In this document: positions 36,944 to 47,412 of the stretch, piece by piece
Layout: the number at the start of each line of letters is the position of its first letter
Numbering within the stretch: position 1 is the first letter of the stretch
DNA from: an uncultured Nitrospiraceae bacterium
GTDB taxonomy: Bacteria > Nitrospirota > Thermodesulfovibrionia > Thermodesulfovibrionales > UBA9159
Direction: 5' to 3'
Assembly (NCBI GenBank): GCA_964475485.1
Contig: CAYYWY010000001.1
Location: 127,940-191,939 of the forward strand
Length of the DNA: 64,000 bases
Position numbers and translations under genes: made by a program
Notes under the pieces: generated by a model
Told to the model about the DNA's origin: nothing
Databases searched by the model: none
What the model saw: the letters and a program-made list of their open reading frames with translations, nothing else

Positions 36944-37659
36944 AAGGCCAAAAGGATAATTTCAGAAGGCACGAAGGGCCTGTGTCTCATCATCGGCATG
37001 TTTCCGTCGTACCCGCGCTGTACCATCGCAACGGTCGTATTCTGGCTGTGCTCAAAGGCCTTGAGGATGAGCGAGCCTGAGAGGACGCCGAAGGAACTCA
37101 GTCCGCGCCTGACGCCAGAATAGCCGAGGCGGTTTTTCTGTGCGTTATAGATAACCATTGCATCCTCAAGAAGCACGAAGATATACCGGTAGGCGAAGAG
37201 AGATATCTCGATCAGGCCCTTCGGGATCCTAAGCCACGAGAGTCCTGCCATGAATTCAGCAAAGGGCGTCGAGAACCCGAGGAGGGCTACGACCGATACT
37301 GCACCCGCTATCCTGCTCGCGATGATCAGCCCTTCCATAAGCCCGTCCCTGTAACAGGATATCTTCAGCCACGGGAGACTAACGGAAAAGAGCGCTTCCT
37401 TCCCTCCAAAGAAAAGTTTGAGGAGAATAACGACGGAGACTATAAAGAGGGGCTCGGAGAACCTCAGGAGAAGAATCCTGAGCGGTATCCTCAGCCTAAT
37501 GCATGCGGATATGCATAGCGCGGCCACGAAAAGCGGAAAGATCACACCCCTATGACTCAAGACCATGACAAGGACCGCGAGGGAGGCGAGAATCTTCACC
37601 CTCGCGTCCGCCCTCGCGAGGGCATGCTCTCTCTTGAAGCACTCGGAAAAAAGTTCCAT
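36907..37659 (-). CDS. cbiQ: Cobalt ECF transporter transmembrane (T) component
   Basis: 250 aa polytopic membrane protein between cbiN and cbiO, in the standard cbiMNQO order. Confidence 0.75.
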   Translation of the reverse strand: MELFSECFKREHALARADARVKILASLAVLVMVLSHRGVIFPLFVAALCISACIRLRIPLRILLLRFSEPLFIVSVVILLKLFFGGKEALFSVSLPWLKISCYRDGLMEGLIIASRIAGAVSVVALLGFSTPFAEFMAGLSWLRIPKGLIEISLFAYRYIFVLLEDAMVIYNAQKNRLGYSGVRRGLSSFGVLSGSLILKAFEHSQNTTVAMVQRGYDGNMPMMRHRPFVPSEIILLALCIIMLGLIWRI

Positions 37660-37660
37660 T

Positions 37661-38014
37661 CTATTTCCTCGGACAGTCGCCTGTATCAGGCCCCTTTTCT
37701 TTCAAAACCTTTGTCCTCTGTTCAAGGATCGTCCTCCAGTAATATCCGGCCGTAAACCCTCCGGCGACTCCTGCTAGAAGGAAGACGAAAAGGAGGAGAT
37801 CGCCCTGGTCCGTGTTGATGAAGGGTTCTCTGGCCTCTCTGCCGTGTTCCTTTGCATATCTCTCCACCACAGACTCGTCAACGCCCTGCCATTTGCCTGC
37901 CGCAAAGGCGGAAGCGAATAGCGAGCAGTGAATAGTGATCAGCAAGAAAACAGAAAGGAGCAGGAGTTTCTTTATTTGAATTTTGAATTTTGAACTTTCA
38001 ACCTTCAACTTCAT
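37661..38014 (-). CDS. cbiN: CbiN-like small membrane component of cobalt transporter (putative)
   Basis: Signal/TM, a short soluble segment, and a C-terminal TM (GDLLLFVFLLAGVAGGFTAGYYW), resembling CbiN topology. Its ATG overlaps the cbiM stop (ATGA). Confidence 0.55.
   Translation of the reverse strand: MKLKVESSKFKIQIKKLLLLSVFLLITIHCSLFASAFAAGKWQGVDESVVERYAKEHGREAREPFINTDQGDLLLFVFLLAGVAGGFTAGYYWRTILEQRTKVLKEKGPDTGDCPRK
37975..38009. repeat. Tandem heptamer array x5 (TTTGAAT-type) covering codons 2-13 of cbiN
   Basis: The plus strand reads tttgaat tttgaat tttgaac tttcaac cttcaac. It encodes KLKVESSKFKIQ. Confidence 0.8.
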
Positions 38015-38838
38015 ACCGTAGCCTCCTCCGGCTTTAGGACGCGCATCTTCACAAGAAGGTCTGGCCTCTTTCTACGGAGCAGGACCACCACCCCGGCAGA
38101 CATCGCCCCTTCGAGGATACCGAGGGGAAGCTGTGTCGGGATAAATGCGATGAGGATCTTCCAGAAAAGGGGACCAAAAGGAGAGTCCCCACGTATGCCT
38201 GAGGCAAGCTCGACGGATGTTGTGAAATAGGTGGCCCAATCTGCCGATGCTCCGGCCATAAAGCCCGATATCGCGAGGCCGGCTCGAGCCGCTCGAAACA
38301 CCCTGAAGGTAAGGTATCCAGTGAAGGACCCCATCACTCCCATTGATACGATGTCTGCGCCAAGCGTGCTCAGCCCTCCGTGGGCGAGAAAGAGGGCCTG
38401 GATAATCAGAGCCACAGCGGTGATAAGGACGCTGATCCCCGGCCCGACGAGTATTCCGGAGAGGCCTGTGCCGCAGGGATGGGAACAGGTCCCTGCTGTC
38501 GGCACCGGGACAGGCATACAGGAAATAATGAAGACTACAGCTGAGAGAAGTCCCACAAGAGGCTTGAAGGAGAGGTCGGCCTGAGACATCTTCTTCAGCC
38601 GGTGCAGACCGTAGGCCACAAAGGGCGCAGAAAGGAAGAACCAGAACGCGGCCCATCCGAAGGGCAAGATGCCTTCTGAAATGTGCATGGCATGGGCATC
38701 GGAAACAGTGAAGAGTGAAGAGCAAAAAGTAAACAGAGAAAAGAACAGGACTTTGGCCTTTCTTCCCGGGTTGGTCCCATATCCCGCTATTTTGAATAGT
38801 GTGTGACTTTCTTCTCTTGTTTGTCCCATTCCTTTCAT
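38011..38838 (-). CDS. cbiM: Cobalt transporter substrate-capture component CbiM
   Basis: A signal peptide ends ...SDAHA and is followed by MHISEGILP, the canonical mature CbiM N-terminus. Its ATG overlaps the upstream stop (ATGA). Confidence 0.85.
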   Translation of the reverse strand: MKGMGQTREESHTLFKIAGYGTNPGRKAKVLFFSLFTFCSSLFTVSDAHAMHISEGILPFGWAAFWFFLSAPFVAYGLHRLKKMSQADLSFKPLVGLLSAVVFIISCMPVPVPTAGTCSHPCGTGLSGILVGPGISVLITAVALIIQALFLAHGGLSTLGADIVSMGVMGSFTGYLTFRVFRAARAGLAISGFMAGASADWATYFTTSVELASGIRGDSPFGPLFWKILIAFIPTQLPLGILEGAMSAGVVVLLRRKRPDLLVKMRVLKPEEATV

Positions 38839-39890
38839 GCTTTCCTCCCGGCCATGATCAGCAAGGCATTTACGATGGCGACCGCGACAGGAGTGCCGCC
38901 CTTCCTGCTCAGGTTCGTAATGAATGGGAACTTCTGCATGGCAAGCATTGTCTTTGATTTAAGGGCATCGACAAACCCGACTGGCACGCCTACTACGAGA
39001 GGCGGCCCCCCTATAGTCTCACCCTCATTTAGGGGGGAAGGCGAGGGGGTAAAAAGCTCAATAGCTTTAAGTAGCGCTGTCGGAGCATTTCCGATCGCAA
39101 TTATGCCGACATTGCCTGAGATCCCTTTCTCCAACGCCACTTCCGCGCGGGTCCTTCCTGTCTCTCTGGATATCCTCACGACTTCCTCATCCGAGATCCT
39201 GCAGATCACCTTGCCTCCCCACCCTTCGAGCAGTCTCTTGTTTATCCCCGCCCTCACCATTTCTATATCCGTCAGGATGTCCTTGCCCGAGCGTATTGCG
39301 TCTATGCCCACCCTGATCGCATCGGAATGGAAAAGGAGAGTTTTCCTGAATTCGAAATCTGCGGTCGAATGGATCACCCTCCTTATCACAGGGAGTCTTT
39401 CAGGCGGAATATCGCCCAGGTCCACTTCCTCCGAGATTATCTCGAAGCTCCTCTTCTCTATGGGATGCTGGTCCTCCCCGGAAAATGGTTTCTCTGCGAG
39501 CGTTTTTTTTGTACTGCCGTTGATGCTCGCCTCAATCCTCTCCATCACTATCTGGATCAGCTTGTCGTGTATGCCGAGCGGTTCCGTATAAACGAATTCC
39601 ACATCGGGATAAAGGCCTTCCGCCTCTCTGATGACTGCGGGAATGTCCTTTTTGACGTGCATACCCGGGTAAAGAAAATAGGGGTGTAGGATGATCCTCT
39701 CGGCACCGCCTCTGACACATTCCGCTATTGCGCCCTTGATGTCGGGGTCGGCAAACTGAAGGTACGCTGCTTTTACACAGTCATTGTCGCACCCAGGGTG
39801 GATTCTTCCGTGGAGGAGTTTCCCGACAAGATCGATGGTATTGGCGTCTTTCCTGGGACTCCCGTGGCCGATGAGTATTACATTTTCCAT
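38835..39890 (-). CDS. Fusion of small sirohydrochlorin cobaltochelatase CbiX and cobalt-precorrin-8 methylmutase CbiC
   Basis: The N-terminal ~125 aa read VILIGHGSPRKDAN...ILHPYFLYPGMHV (CbiX). The C-terminal ~210 aa read VIHSTADFEF...IAIGNAPTAL...VGVPVGFVDALKSK (CbiC/CobH). Confidence 0.8.
   Translation of the reverse strand: MENVILIGHGSPRKDANTIDLVGKLLHGRIHPGCDNDCVKAAYLQFADPDIKGAIAECVRGGAERIILHPYFLYPGMHVKKDIPAVIREAEGLYPDVEFVYTEPLGIHDKLIQIVMERIEASINGSTKKTLAEKPFSGEDQHPIEKRSFEIISEEVDLGDIPPERLPVIRRVIHSTADFEFRKTLLFHSDAIRVGIDAIRSGKDILTDIEMVRAGINKRLLEGWGGKVICRISDEEVVRISRETGRTRAEVALEKGISGNVGIIAIGNAPTALLKAIELFTPSPSPLNEGETIGGPPLVVGVPVGFVDALKSKTMLAMQKFPFITNLSRKGGTPVAVAIVNALLIMAGRKA
39006..39051. repeat. 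GC-rich palindromic mini-element inside the CbiC part
   Basis: The plus strand reads CCCCCCTATAGTCTCACCCTCATTTAGGGGGGAAGGCGAGGGGGTA. It is translated on the minus strand as PSPSPLNEGETIGGP. Confidence 0.6.
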
Positions 39891-41311
39891 TCCCTCTCCT
39901 TTGCAAAACGCACAAGATTCCCTGCAAGGGCAGGGTTGCTGCCAAAATGGACGTGGATATAGCTCGCAAGGGTATTCCTGAACCTGTATCCCTCGTTGCC
40001 CTTCCCCAGGCCGCTGCCGTCCTTCACCGAATAGACCTCGGAAAATCTCCTGTCATCCCCCTTTGCTGAAGGACGGGTGGTTATCTCCGAATAATGGAAC
40101 TCGTGCCCCCGCAGTCTCTCTCCCTTTTTCCCGAGAAGACAGTCCTCATTGAGGGATATCTCCCGGTAACCGAGTTTCGATCTCCTCTTCTTCATCTCCG
40201 TCTCGAAGGGATAGATGTCTGCCATTGGGTAAAAGTTCCGGTCGAAATCATATATCCCCCGGGAGAGGTACATGAGCCCTCCGCATTCGGCATAGAGCGG
40301 CTTATCCGTGTGTGCCCAATCGTAAACGGACCTGAGCATCGACCTGTTCTTCGATAATTCCCGCGCGTAGAGCTCCGGATATCCTCCTCCGATATATACC
40401 GCATCGGCATTTTCAGGGATCTTCGAATCCGAAAGGGGACTGAATCTGACGATTACAGCGCCTTCTTTCTTCAGAAGGTCCAGATTGTCCTCATAATAAA
40501 AGCAGAAGGCCCTGTCATGGGCAACAGCGACTAAGGACTCTGCCGTGGCCGATGATCGAGATTGCCTTCCTTCTCCGTGGCGACCGGGTAATCCGATTTC
40601 CGAATTCCGTATTATAAAATCGAGGTCCACACACTCCAGGACCGCATCCGAAAGCTTCCTCAGGTTTTCATCACTGATCGGATTTTCCTCTGCCACCGCA
40701 AGACCGAGATGCCGTCGCGGTATCTCGAAATCGAGGTCTCTCGGCAGGCAGCCGATAACCGGGACATCGGTAACGCCGTTCTTCAGTCTTCTAAAATGGT
40801 TCTCCGATGCCACACGGTTGAATATGATGCCAACAATATTATTCGTGCCGGAGTGACGGGACGTGGGCATATCATTGATGGCCCGACACTTTGAGTCGCT
40901 GCCTTGAGGCATGCCGAAGGACATGAACCCCTTCACCACCGCGCCCGCGCTTTCCGCCATGCCATAGGCATCGACGACGAGAATGACGGGAAGGCCGAGC
41001 GTTGCGGCAAGGGTCGCGGTGCCCAATGCACCGTCATAGAGACCCATCACCCCTTCGACAACAGAGATATCCGCATCCAGCGAGTTCAGATAAAAGCTCT
41101 CCAGGACATAAGATTCGCCGCACATCCAGAGGTCAAGGTTCCTTGACGGCCTTCCCGTTATAAGCCTGTGGAGCCCCGAATCTATAAAATCCGGCCCGGC
41201 CTTGAACTGTTGAACCCTCAGTCCTCTTTCTCTAAGGGCCTCGAGCAAACCGAGCGTGACGGTCGTCTTGCCGCATCCGCTGTGTGTTCCTGCCACGACT
41301 ATCCCCTGCAC
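39878..41311 (-). CDS. cbiA: Cobyrinate a,c-diamide synthase
   Basis: N-terminal GTHSGCGKTT and a C-terminal GATase with AECGGLMYL. Confidence 0.9.
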   Translation of the reverse strand: MQGIVVAGTHSGCGKTTVTLGLLEALRERGLRVQQFKAGPDFIDSGLHRLITGRPSRNLDLWMCGESYVLESFYLNSLDADISVVEGVMGLYDGALGTATLAATLGLPVILVVDAYGMAESAGAVVKGFMSFGMPQGSDSKCRAINDMPTSRHSGTNNIVGIIFNRVASENHFRRLKNGVTDVPVIGCLPRDLDFEIPRRHLGLAVAEENPISDENLRKLSDAVLECVDLDFIIRNSEIGLPGRHGEGRQSRSSATAESLVAVAHDRAFCFYYEDNLDLLKKEGAVIVRFSPLSDSKIPENADAVYIGGGYPELYARELSKNRSMLRSVYDWAHTDKPLYAECGGLMYLSRGIYDFDRNFYPMADIYPFETEMKKRRSKLGYREISLNEDCLLGKKGERLRGHEFHYSEITTRPSAKGDDRRFSEVYSVKDGSGLGKGNEGYRFRNTLASYIHVHFGSNPALAGNLVRFAKEREWKM

Positions 41312-42351
41312 AGGATTGAAAGCTCCCCCAACAGTGCGGTATTGTCCTTCCGGGACTTCACCGCAATGCGGACATATCTTCCGTTGAGGCCCGCAAAATT
41401 CGAGCAGTCCCTGAGGAGTATCCCCTTCCTTTTTAGGAGGGCGAGCGCTTGCTGGGCGTTCTCCATCTCCATGAGATAATAGTTGGCAGAAGACGGCGTG
41501 AACTTCACTCCAAGGGCTCTCAGACTCTTCTCGATAAACCGCTTCTCTCGTCTCATCGTCTTCATCGATACCTTCTTGTATGCCTCGTCACAAAGGGCAA
41601 CAATCCCCGCCCTTTGGGCAAGGGTATTCACCGTCCATGGTTCCTTCAGCCTTCTTATGATGCCGGCAAGTGCCCTGGGAAACATGCCGTACCCTATCCT
41701 CAGGCCTGAAAGGGCATAGAATTTCGTGAGCGACCTCAGGACGATCAGACGGGAGCCGGCGGCCACCTTATCGACCACGGATTCTCCGGGACAGAAATCG
41801 ATGAATGCCTCGTCGACAATGAGGTAGCATTTCAGTCTCTCTGCGGCATCGGCAATCTTCAGGACTTCGGTCTTCCCGAGCAATCTTCCGGTCGGATTAT
41901 TGGGGTTGCAGAGGAATGCAATGTCACAGCCTTTCATCGCCCTGATAAAGCGTTCCGGGTCTATGTCGAAGTTCCTTTCTCTCTTTAAGGGGTACCCCAT
42001 GATGCTCGCATTGCCGATTCTGCACGCCCTCTCGTATTCGGAAAAGGTCGGGGCAGGAATAAGCACCCTCCTGGGACCCAATGCCCGGGCGACAAGGTAT
42101 ATCAGTTCTGTGCTGCCGTTGCCGCAGACGATCGACTCGCGGTCCACTCCGAGCGATGCGCTGAGGTGCAGCGCGAACGGTTCCGCATACGCCTCAGGGT
42201 AGTTCGGCAGGTCCGGGATCCCTCTCTTTATTGCCGAGACTACAGAGGCCGGCACCCCCAGGGGGTTTATCGATGCGCTGAAATCGATTAGCTCCCTTTC
42301 AGGGATTCCCGTTTCCTGCGATGCCATGTAGATATTTCCGCCATGTTCCAT
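41299..42351 (-). CDS. cobD: L-threonine-O-3-phosphate decarboxylase (PLP, aminotransferase class I/II fold)
   Basis: HGGNIY...IDFSASINPLG N-terminus. Positioned between cbiA and cbiB. Confidence 0.75.
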   Translation of the reverse strand: MEHGGNIYMASQETGIPERELIDFSASINPLGVPASVVSAIKRGIPDLPNYPEAYAEPFALHLSASLGVDRESIVCGNGSTELIYLVARALGPRRVLIPAPTFSEYERACRIGNASIMGYPLKRERNFDIDPERFIRAMKGCDIAFLCNPNNPTGRLLGKTEVLKIADAAERLKCYLIVDEAFIDFCPGESVVDKVAAGSRLIVLRSLTKFYALSGLRIGYGMFPRALAGIIRRLKEPWTVNTLAQRAGIVALCDEAYKKVSMKTMRREKRFIEKSLRALGVKFTPSSANYYLMEMENAQQALALLKRKGILLRDCSNFAGLNGRYVRIAVKSRKDNTALLGELSILCRG

Positions 42352-42356
42352 ATCGA

Positions 42357-43352
42357 TCAGCTCCTCACCGAAAGTGTGACCGCCGCGATTCCGGCGCCGA
42401 GGAAGGAGGCTGCCTGAACAATGAGGATCGCCTCGTCTGCGGCAGAGAGATAGTCTTCGCTTGTCGCCTCTCCGATATAGGGTTTTTCCACAAGCTCTCC
42501 CCCATAGGTTGACGGACCTCCGAGCCTTACGCCGAGGGCGCCTGCCATCGACGCCTCCGGGATCCCGCTGTTAGGGCTTGTATGTTTACGGCCATCCCGG
42601 AGCATGATCATAAAAGAGCGCCCGGCGACGGAGCAGGAGTTGAAGATATCCTTGACAACGCCTATAGCTAAAACTGAAACGACGATGAGCATACCCGTTA
42701 TCCGTGCCGGAAGGAAGTTCGCGACATCATCGAGCCTCGCGGCGGCCCGGCCGAAACGGATGTACCGGTCGTTCCTGTATCCCACCATCGAATCGAGGGT
42801 GTTGATCGCTTTGTAAGCCAGGGCAGCGGGAAGCCCTCCGATTACGAGATAGAAAATGGGGGCGATGATCCCGTCTGAGAGGTTTTCGGCGAGTGTTTCG
42901 ACAGTCGCCTTCAAGATATCTTTTTCAGGGAGATTTTCGGTGTCCCGGCCCACGATCATGCTCAGCTTATACTGAGCGGCCCTGATGCTTCCGTCTTTCA
43001 CCGACTCTATGACGAGACGTGCCGCGTCGGTCAATCCGCGCAATGCTATCGTCGTCGAGACGAGATAAACAATTGCCACGGTGCCGGCGACACCCCAAAC
43101 ATCCTGTGTCTGGAGCGCCCGCAGCGCCTTCACGATAAAAAAGGCGAGGGTCGCTGCAGGAAGGACGACGCAGACGACCAGCAGGATACCGGCCAATCTC
43201 TCCTCAAGAGGCGTGGTGAAATATCTTCTCAGGAAGAGTTCCACTCTCCTTATCCAGCTGCCGATGATCGTTACAGGATGGGGCAACCACCGGGGGTCAC
43301 CTATCGCAAGATCGAGCATGAACGCAAGAATCAATTCATGAGGACCTATCAC
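42357..43352 (-). CDS. cbiB: Adenosylcobinamide-phosphate synthase
   Basis: Membrane protein with a GDPRWLPHPVTIIG motif. Confidence 0.85.
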   Translation of the reverse strand: MIGPHELILAFMLDLAIGDPRWLPHPVTIIGSWIRRVELFLRRYFTTPLEERLAGILLVVCVVLPAATLAFFIVKALRALQTQDVWGVAGTVAIVYLVSTTIALRGLTDAARLVIESVKDGSIRAAQYKLSMIVGRDTENLPEKDILKATVETLAENLSDGIIAPIFYLVIGGLPAALAYKAINTLDSMVGYRNDRYIRFGRAAARLDDVANFLPARITGMLIVVSVLAIGVVKDIFNSCSVAGRSFMIMLRDGRKHTSPNSGIPEASMAGALGVRLGGPSTYGGELVEKPYIGEATSEDYLSAADEAILIVQAASFLGAGIAAVTLSVRS

Positions 43353-44923
43353 AGGCCTGCCGTCCTCCTCACAAAGTCCATATCGATGTTATCTCTCACG
43401 ACGCAGGCGAGCCGGTCGATCGCCGCTTCCTTCACTTCAGCATAGTTCACGTTGGATTTCAGAGGGTCCAGTCCTTTCTGCGTCCTTATATGATCGAGAA
43501 TCCCGAAGGCATCGTTTTCGAATATGCCGTGCAGATAAGTGCCCCAGCAGTTCCCGTTCCTCGATCCGTCGGGAATGGGCGTTTCATGCTGGACGCGGCC
43601 TCCCGCCCGAAGAAGCCTCCTCACCCTGAACAAGCCGATGTTCCCGCTGCTCGTACCCATATGGATCTCGTATCCCTTCAATGGCTCATGGTTGATAGCT
43701 GATTTCTGATAGCCAGAGAATTTGTCTCTCATGCTATGATTCACGAGCAATGAGCTATCACCCAGTTCCGCTTCCACCCGGCAGGTCGTTTTCGTCTGGT
43801 GAAAAACAGTCTCGATATCGAGGAGACCTATGCCCTCTATCTCTTTACGGGAGCTTTCAACACCGTGGGGGTCCATGATCCTTCTCCCCAGCATCTGGAA
43901 ACCTCCGCACATACCCATCACCTGGACGCCCTTTGCGTTTGCCCGTTTTATGCTTTCATCGAGCTCCATCTCACGCAGCATAAGCAGGTCCTTGACGGTA
44001 TTTTTTGTGCCGGGGACTATCACGAGGTCGGCGTTTTCGATGTCGGAATGGTTCCGGGAGAAAATGACCTCGACGTCCGGCTCGCATGCGAGCGGATCGA
44101 AATCGGTGAAGTTCGAGATATATCTGAGACCGACGACAACGATTCTTATCGTCCCCTTTGAATGTTCTCTCCTTATCGCGGACTGATATTTCTGGAGCGC
44201 AAGTCCGTCTTCTTCGGGCAGGGATATATCGGTCACATATGGAAGGACCCCTATCACCGGTTTACCGGTCTTTTGTCTTATCATATCGAGTCCCGGTCTC
44301 AGTATGCCGAGGTCGCCTCGGAATTTGTTGATGAGGAAGCCCTTTATGTGCCTGCTGTCCCTTCCGAGCAGTTTCATCGTCCCGTAGAGTGAAGCGAAGA
44401 CTCCCCCTTTATCGATATCGCCTATGAGGATCACCGGCGCCTTCGCATATTTCGCCGCGGACATGTTCACGATATCGGACTTCATGAGATTTATCTCAGC
44501 GGGGCTTCCTGCGCCCTCCATAATGATGAGTTCGTACTTCTGCGATAGCCTGTCGTATGATTCCCTGACAGCGTTCCAGGCCCGTTCCCTGGACGCGTAG
44601 TATTCACGGGCCTTCATTGTGCAAAGGACCTTCCCCTGGATAATCACCTGCGAGCCGGTCTCTTCCGATACCTTTAGGAGCACAGGGTTCATGTCCACAG
44701 TCGGCTCTATCCCCGACGCCTCCGCCTGGAGCGCCTGCGCCCTGCCGATCTCGCCGCCCTCCAGGGTGATGTAGGAATTGAGCGCCATGTTCTGACCCTT
44801 GAAGGGAGCGACCCGTAGACCCGTGTCCCTGAAGATCCGGCATAGGGCCGCTGTGATGAGACTCTTACCCGCGCCCGAGCCTGTTCCCTGCACCATCAGC
44901 GCCTTAGCCATCGACGCCGCCAC
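43349..44923 (-). CDS. cobQ: Cobyric acid synthase
   Basis: N-terminal GTGSGAGKS and a C-terminal GATase (MGMCGGFQMLG). Size is 524 aa. Confidence 0.9.
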   Translation of the reverse strand: MAASMAKALMVQGTGSGAGKSLITAALCRIFRDTGLRVAPFKGQNMALNSYITLEGGEIGRAQALQAEASGIEPTVDMNPVLLKVSEETGSQVIIQGKVLCTMKAREYYASRERAWNAVRESYDRLSQKYELIIMEGAGSPAEINLMKSDIVNMSAAKYAKAPVILIGDIDKGGVFASLYGTMKLLGRDSRHIKGFLINKFRGDLGILRPGLDMIRQKTGKPVIGVLPYVTDISLPEEDGLALQKYQSAIRREHSKGTIRIVVVGLRYISNFTDFDPLACEPDVEVIFSRNHSDIENADLVIVPGTKNTVKDLLMLREMELDESIKRANAKGVQVMGMCGGFQMLGRRIMDPHGVESSRKEIEGIGLLDIETVFHQTKTTCRVEAELGDSSLLVNHSMRDKFSGYQKSAINHEPLKGYEIHMGTSSGNIGLFRVRRLLRAGGRVQHETPIPDGSRNGNCWGTYLHGIFENDAFGILDHIRTQKGLDPLKSNVNYAEVKEAAIDRLACVVRDNIDMDFVRRTAGL

Positions 44924-44929
44924 GATGTT

Positions 44930-45742
44930 TCAGACGGGGTCCCGCAGCCATACCGATACCGCCATCAAAAAAAGTATTTCAGATGTTTCACTCATCGCCC
45001 CGAAATTGTCTCCCGTAAGCCCTCCGAACCTCCTCCGGAAAAAGTAACCGGAGAGGAGACTGAAGAGGTACAGGGAAAGAGAGGCAATCAGCAGGAACCG
45101 GATGCTCCTTATGTCGTAGATCCCGTAAAAACGCAATCCCGCCACGGAGAGGAAGAGTGCGAGCAAGACGAGTGTAGAGAGGAGGACATGGAAGGGCCTC
45201 ACATTGTCAAGGAAGATACGGCCGAGACCGTCTCTACGGGCGGAGAGACCGTGATTCATTGCCGGGATCGTGACCCATTTCGAAAGTGCGGGCATCAGAA
45301 GGAGCATACATAAGGCAACGGCGAGTGGGACTGAATAAAACAGAGTTTTCAGGAGGAGAAACTTCAGGAGGAGCGTCATCACCATCGCGATAGCCCCCAT
45401 CGCGCCGATCGTGCTGTCCTTCATCACGGCGAGCCTCCTCTCGATGTCCTTGGCAGGGTCGCCGGTCGACTTGATCGCAAGGGCGTCGAAGGTGTCGATC
45501 AGTCCGTCCATGTCAAATCCGCCGTTGATGAGGAGCTGGACGAGGACGACGAGCCCACTCACGACCTCGGGGCTGAACACCTGAAGCCCTGCGAAGGCGG
45601 TCGCCGCCATCAGGAGCCCCTGAAGCGCCCCTGCCAGGGGGAAGAATATCGTCGATGCAACGAGGTCCCTTTCGGAGACCTTGCCTCTCACCTTTACGGG
45701 AATGATCGTGAGAAACTGTAATGCAAGCAGCATCTGTTTCAT
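44930..45742 (-). CDS. cobS: Adenosylcobinamide-GDP ribazoletransferase (cobalamin synthase)
   Basis: LALQFLTIIPV N-terminus in a polytopic membrane protein. Confidence 0.85.
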   Translation of the reverse strand: MKQMLLALQFLTIIPVKVRGKVSERDLVASTIFFPLAGALQGLLMAATAFAGLQVFSPEVVSGLVVLVQLLINGGFDMDGLIDTFDALAIKSTGDPAKDIERRLAVMKDSTIGAMGAIAMVMTLLLKFLLLKTLFYSVPLAVALCMLLLMPALSKWVTIPAMNHGLSARRDGLGRIFLDNVRPFHVLLSTLVLLALFLSVAGLRFYGIYDIRSIRFLLIASLSLYLFSLLSGYFFRRRFGGLTGDNFGAMSETSEILFLMAVSVWLRDPV

Positions 45743-46804
45743 CTAATTCAGGATCTCATCGGAGACCCCGGCCTCGCGGAAGGTCGCCATCTCGCGGTAT
45801 ATCTTCAGACCCGCTTCTATGAGCATCATCGAGAGCGCAGCCCCCGTCCCCTCGCCGAGCCTGAGATCGAGGTCGAGGACAGGCTTCAGCCCCATCTTGC
45901 CGAGCATTGTCTTATGGCCCTTTTCGACAGAATTATGGGCCGCGAACATATAATCCTTCGTCTTCGGTTCGAGGCAATAGGCAATGAGGGCGCCGGCCGT
46001 CGATATAAAACCGTCTATTACGACAGGTGTGCGGTTCAGGGCGGCTCCGAGTACCAGTCCGGCGATGCCGCCGATCTCGGCGCCGCCGACCTTCGAAAGG
46101 ACGTCAATCGCATCCGTCGCATCGGGCTTATTGAACCGTATCGCATCTTCGATCACCCTGATCTTCCGCTGCAGGGACTCGTCTGATATGCCTGTCCCTT
46201 TACCGGTAACCTCGGAAACCGGCCTGCCGGTGAGGACGGATGCGATGGCGCTCGAAGGCGTCGTATTTCCTATGCCCATATCGCCGGTGCCGAAGATCTT
46301 GTACCCTTTTTCCGCATAGCTGTCCGCAAGCCCTATCCCCGCCTCGATGCACCGGAGAGCCTCCTGCCTCGTCATCGCCGGGCCTCTAAGAAGATTCTTC
46401 GTCCCCCTGACGACCTTCATCTTCATGAGGCCCTCTGCCTCGCCGAAGTCATGATCAACGCCTATGTCCACCACCACGACCTCTGCCCCGGCATGTCTCG
46501 CAAGTACATTGATGCCCGCACCGCCCCTGAGGAAGTTGAGTACCATCTGGGCGGTCACCTCCTTTGGATAGGCAGATACTCCCTCCTGCACCACACCGTG
46601 GTCTCCGGCAAAGGTGAAGACGACCTTCCTGTCGAGCAGGGGATTTCTGTTTCCCGTGATCGCGACGAGTCGCCGTGCAAACTCCTCGAGCCTGCCGAGA
46701 CTTCCGGGCGGCTTGGTGAGGTTATCGAGCCGTTTCTGCGCTGTTTCATATAACGTTTCATCCACCGGTCTGATATTTTTCAGCGTCCTTGCCACCACGT
46801 CCAT
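45743..46804 (-). CDS. cobT: Nicotinate-nucleotide--dimethylbenzimidazole phosphoribosyltransferase
   Basis: [12 protein letters not shown] and GDMGIGNTT motifs. Confidence 0.9.
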   Translation of the reverse strand: MDVVARTLKNIRPVDETLYETAQKRLDNLTKPPGSLGRLEEFARRLVAITGNRNPLLDRKVVFTFAGDHGVVQEGVSAYPKEVTAQMVLNFLRGGAGINVLARHAGAEVVVVDIGVDHDFGEAEGLMKMKVVRGTKNLLRGPAMTRQEALRCIEAGIGLADSYAEKGYKIFGTGDMGIGNTTPSSAIASVLTGRPVSEVTGKGTGISDESLQRKIRVIEDAIRFNKPDATDAIDVLSKVGGAEIGGIAGLVLGAALNRTPVVIDGFISTAGALIAYCLEPKTKDYMFAAHNSVEKGHKTMLGKMGLKPVLDLDLRLGEGTGAALSMMLIEAGLKIYREMATFREAGVSDEILN

Positions 46805-46818
46805 TTAGATCTCCCTCT

Positions 46819-47346
46819 TCATTTTATTTTCAGGGGTATCCCGGCCGCGACGAGATAGACCTCGTCGGCAACATGCGCGACCCGCTGGTTCAGATACCCC
46901 GCGCAGTCCCTGAATCTCCGGGACAGCGGATTGTCGGGCACGATACCCATCCCGACCTCGTTCGAGACGATAAAGAGGTGCGACCGGTTGTATCCGGCGA
47001 GTGTTGCTGTGAAATCCTCGCAATACCTTTCGAGAAGCCTATCGTCCGTGAGGAGCAGGTTCGAGACCCAGAGAGTGAGACAATCGAGAAGGATCACGTC
47101 ATGGGTATTCGTGATCTCCCTGATGAGGGAAGGTACATGCAACGGCTCTTCGAAAGTGTCCCACTCGCCTGAACGCTCCTTTCTGTGCAGTACTATCCTT
47201 TCCTCCATCTCCCGGTCGAAGGCCTGCGCGGTCGCAATGTACGCCTTCTTTCCCATCTGAGCCGAGGCGTTCCCTACGGCAAAGCCGCTCTTCCCGCTCC
47301 TTGCCCCGCCGAGGATGAAGACAGTCCTGCCTCTTCCGTCAGTCAT
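46819..47346 (-). CDS. cobU: Adenosylcobinamide kinase / adenosylcobinamide-phosphate guanylyltransferase
   Basis: P-loop ILGGARSGKS. Size is 175 aa. Confidence 0.85.
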   Translation of the reverse strand: MTDGRGRTVFILGGARSGKSGFAVGNASAQMGKKAYIATAQAFDREMEERIVLHRKERSGEWDTFEEPLHVPSLIREITNTHDVILLDCLTLWVSNLLLTDDRLLERYCEDFTATLAGYNRSHLFIVSNEVGMGIVPDNPLSRRFRDCAGYLNQRVAHVADEVYLVAAGIPLKIK

Positions 47347-47412
47347 AACTCACCATCACTACTGTCCCAGGCGATATCTCTCCTTTTATTCCGGACGACT
47401 ATAATCCGCCAT

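Noticed and set aside
38707-38720. Two tandem AGTGAAG heptamers in the cbiM signal-peptide region as another repeat array.
   Set aside because: There are only two copies, which is not distinguishable from chance.
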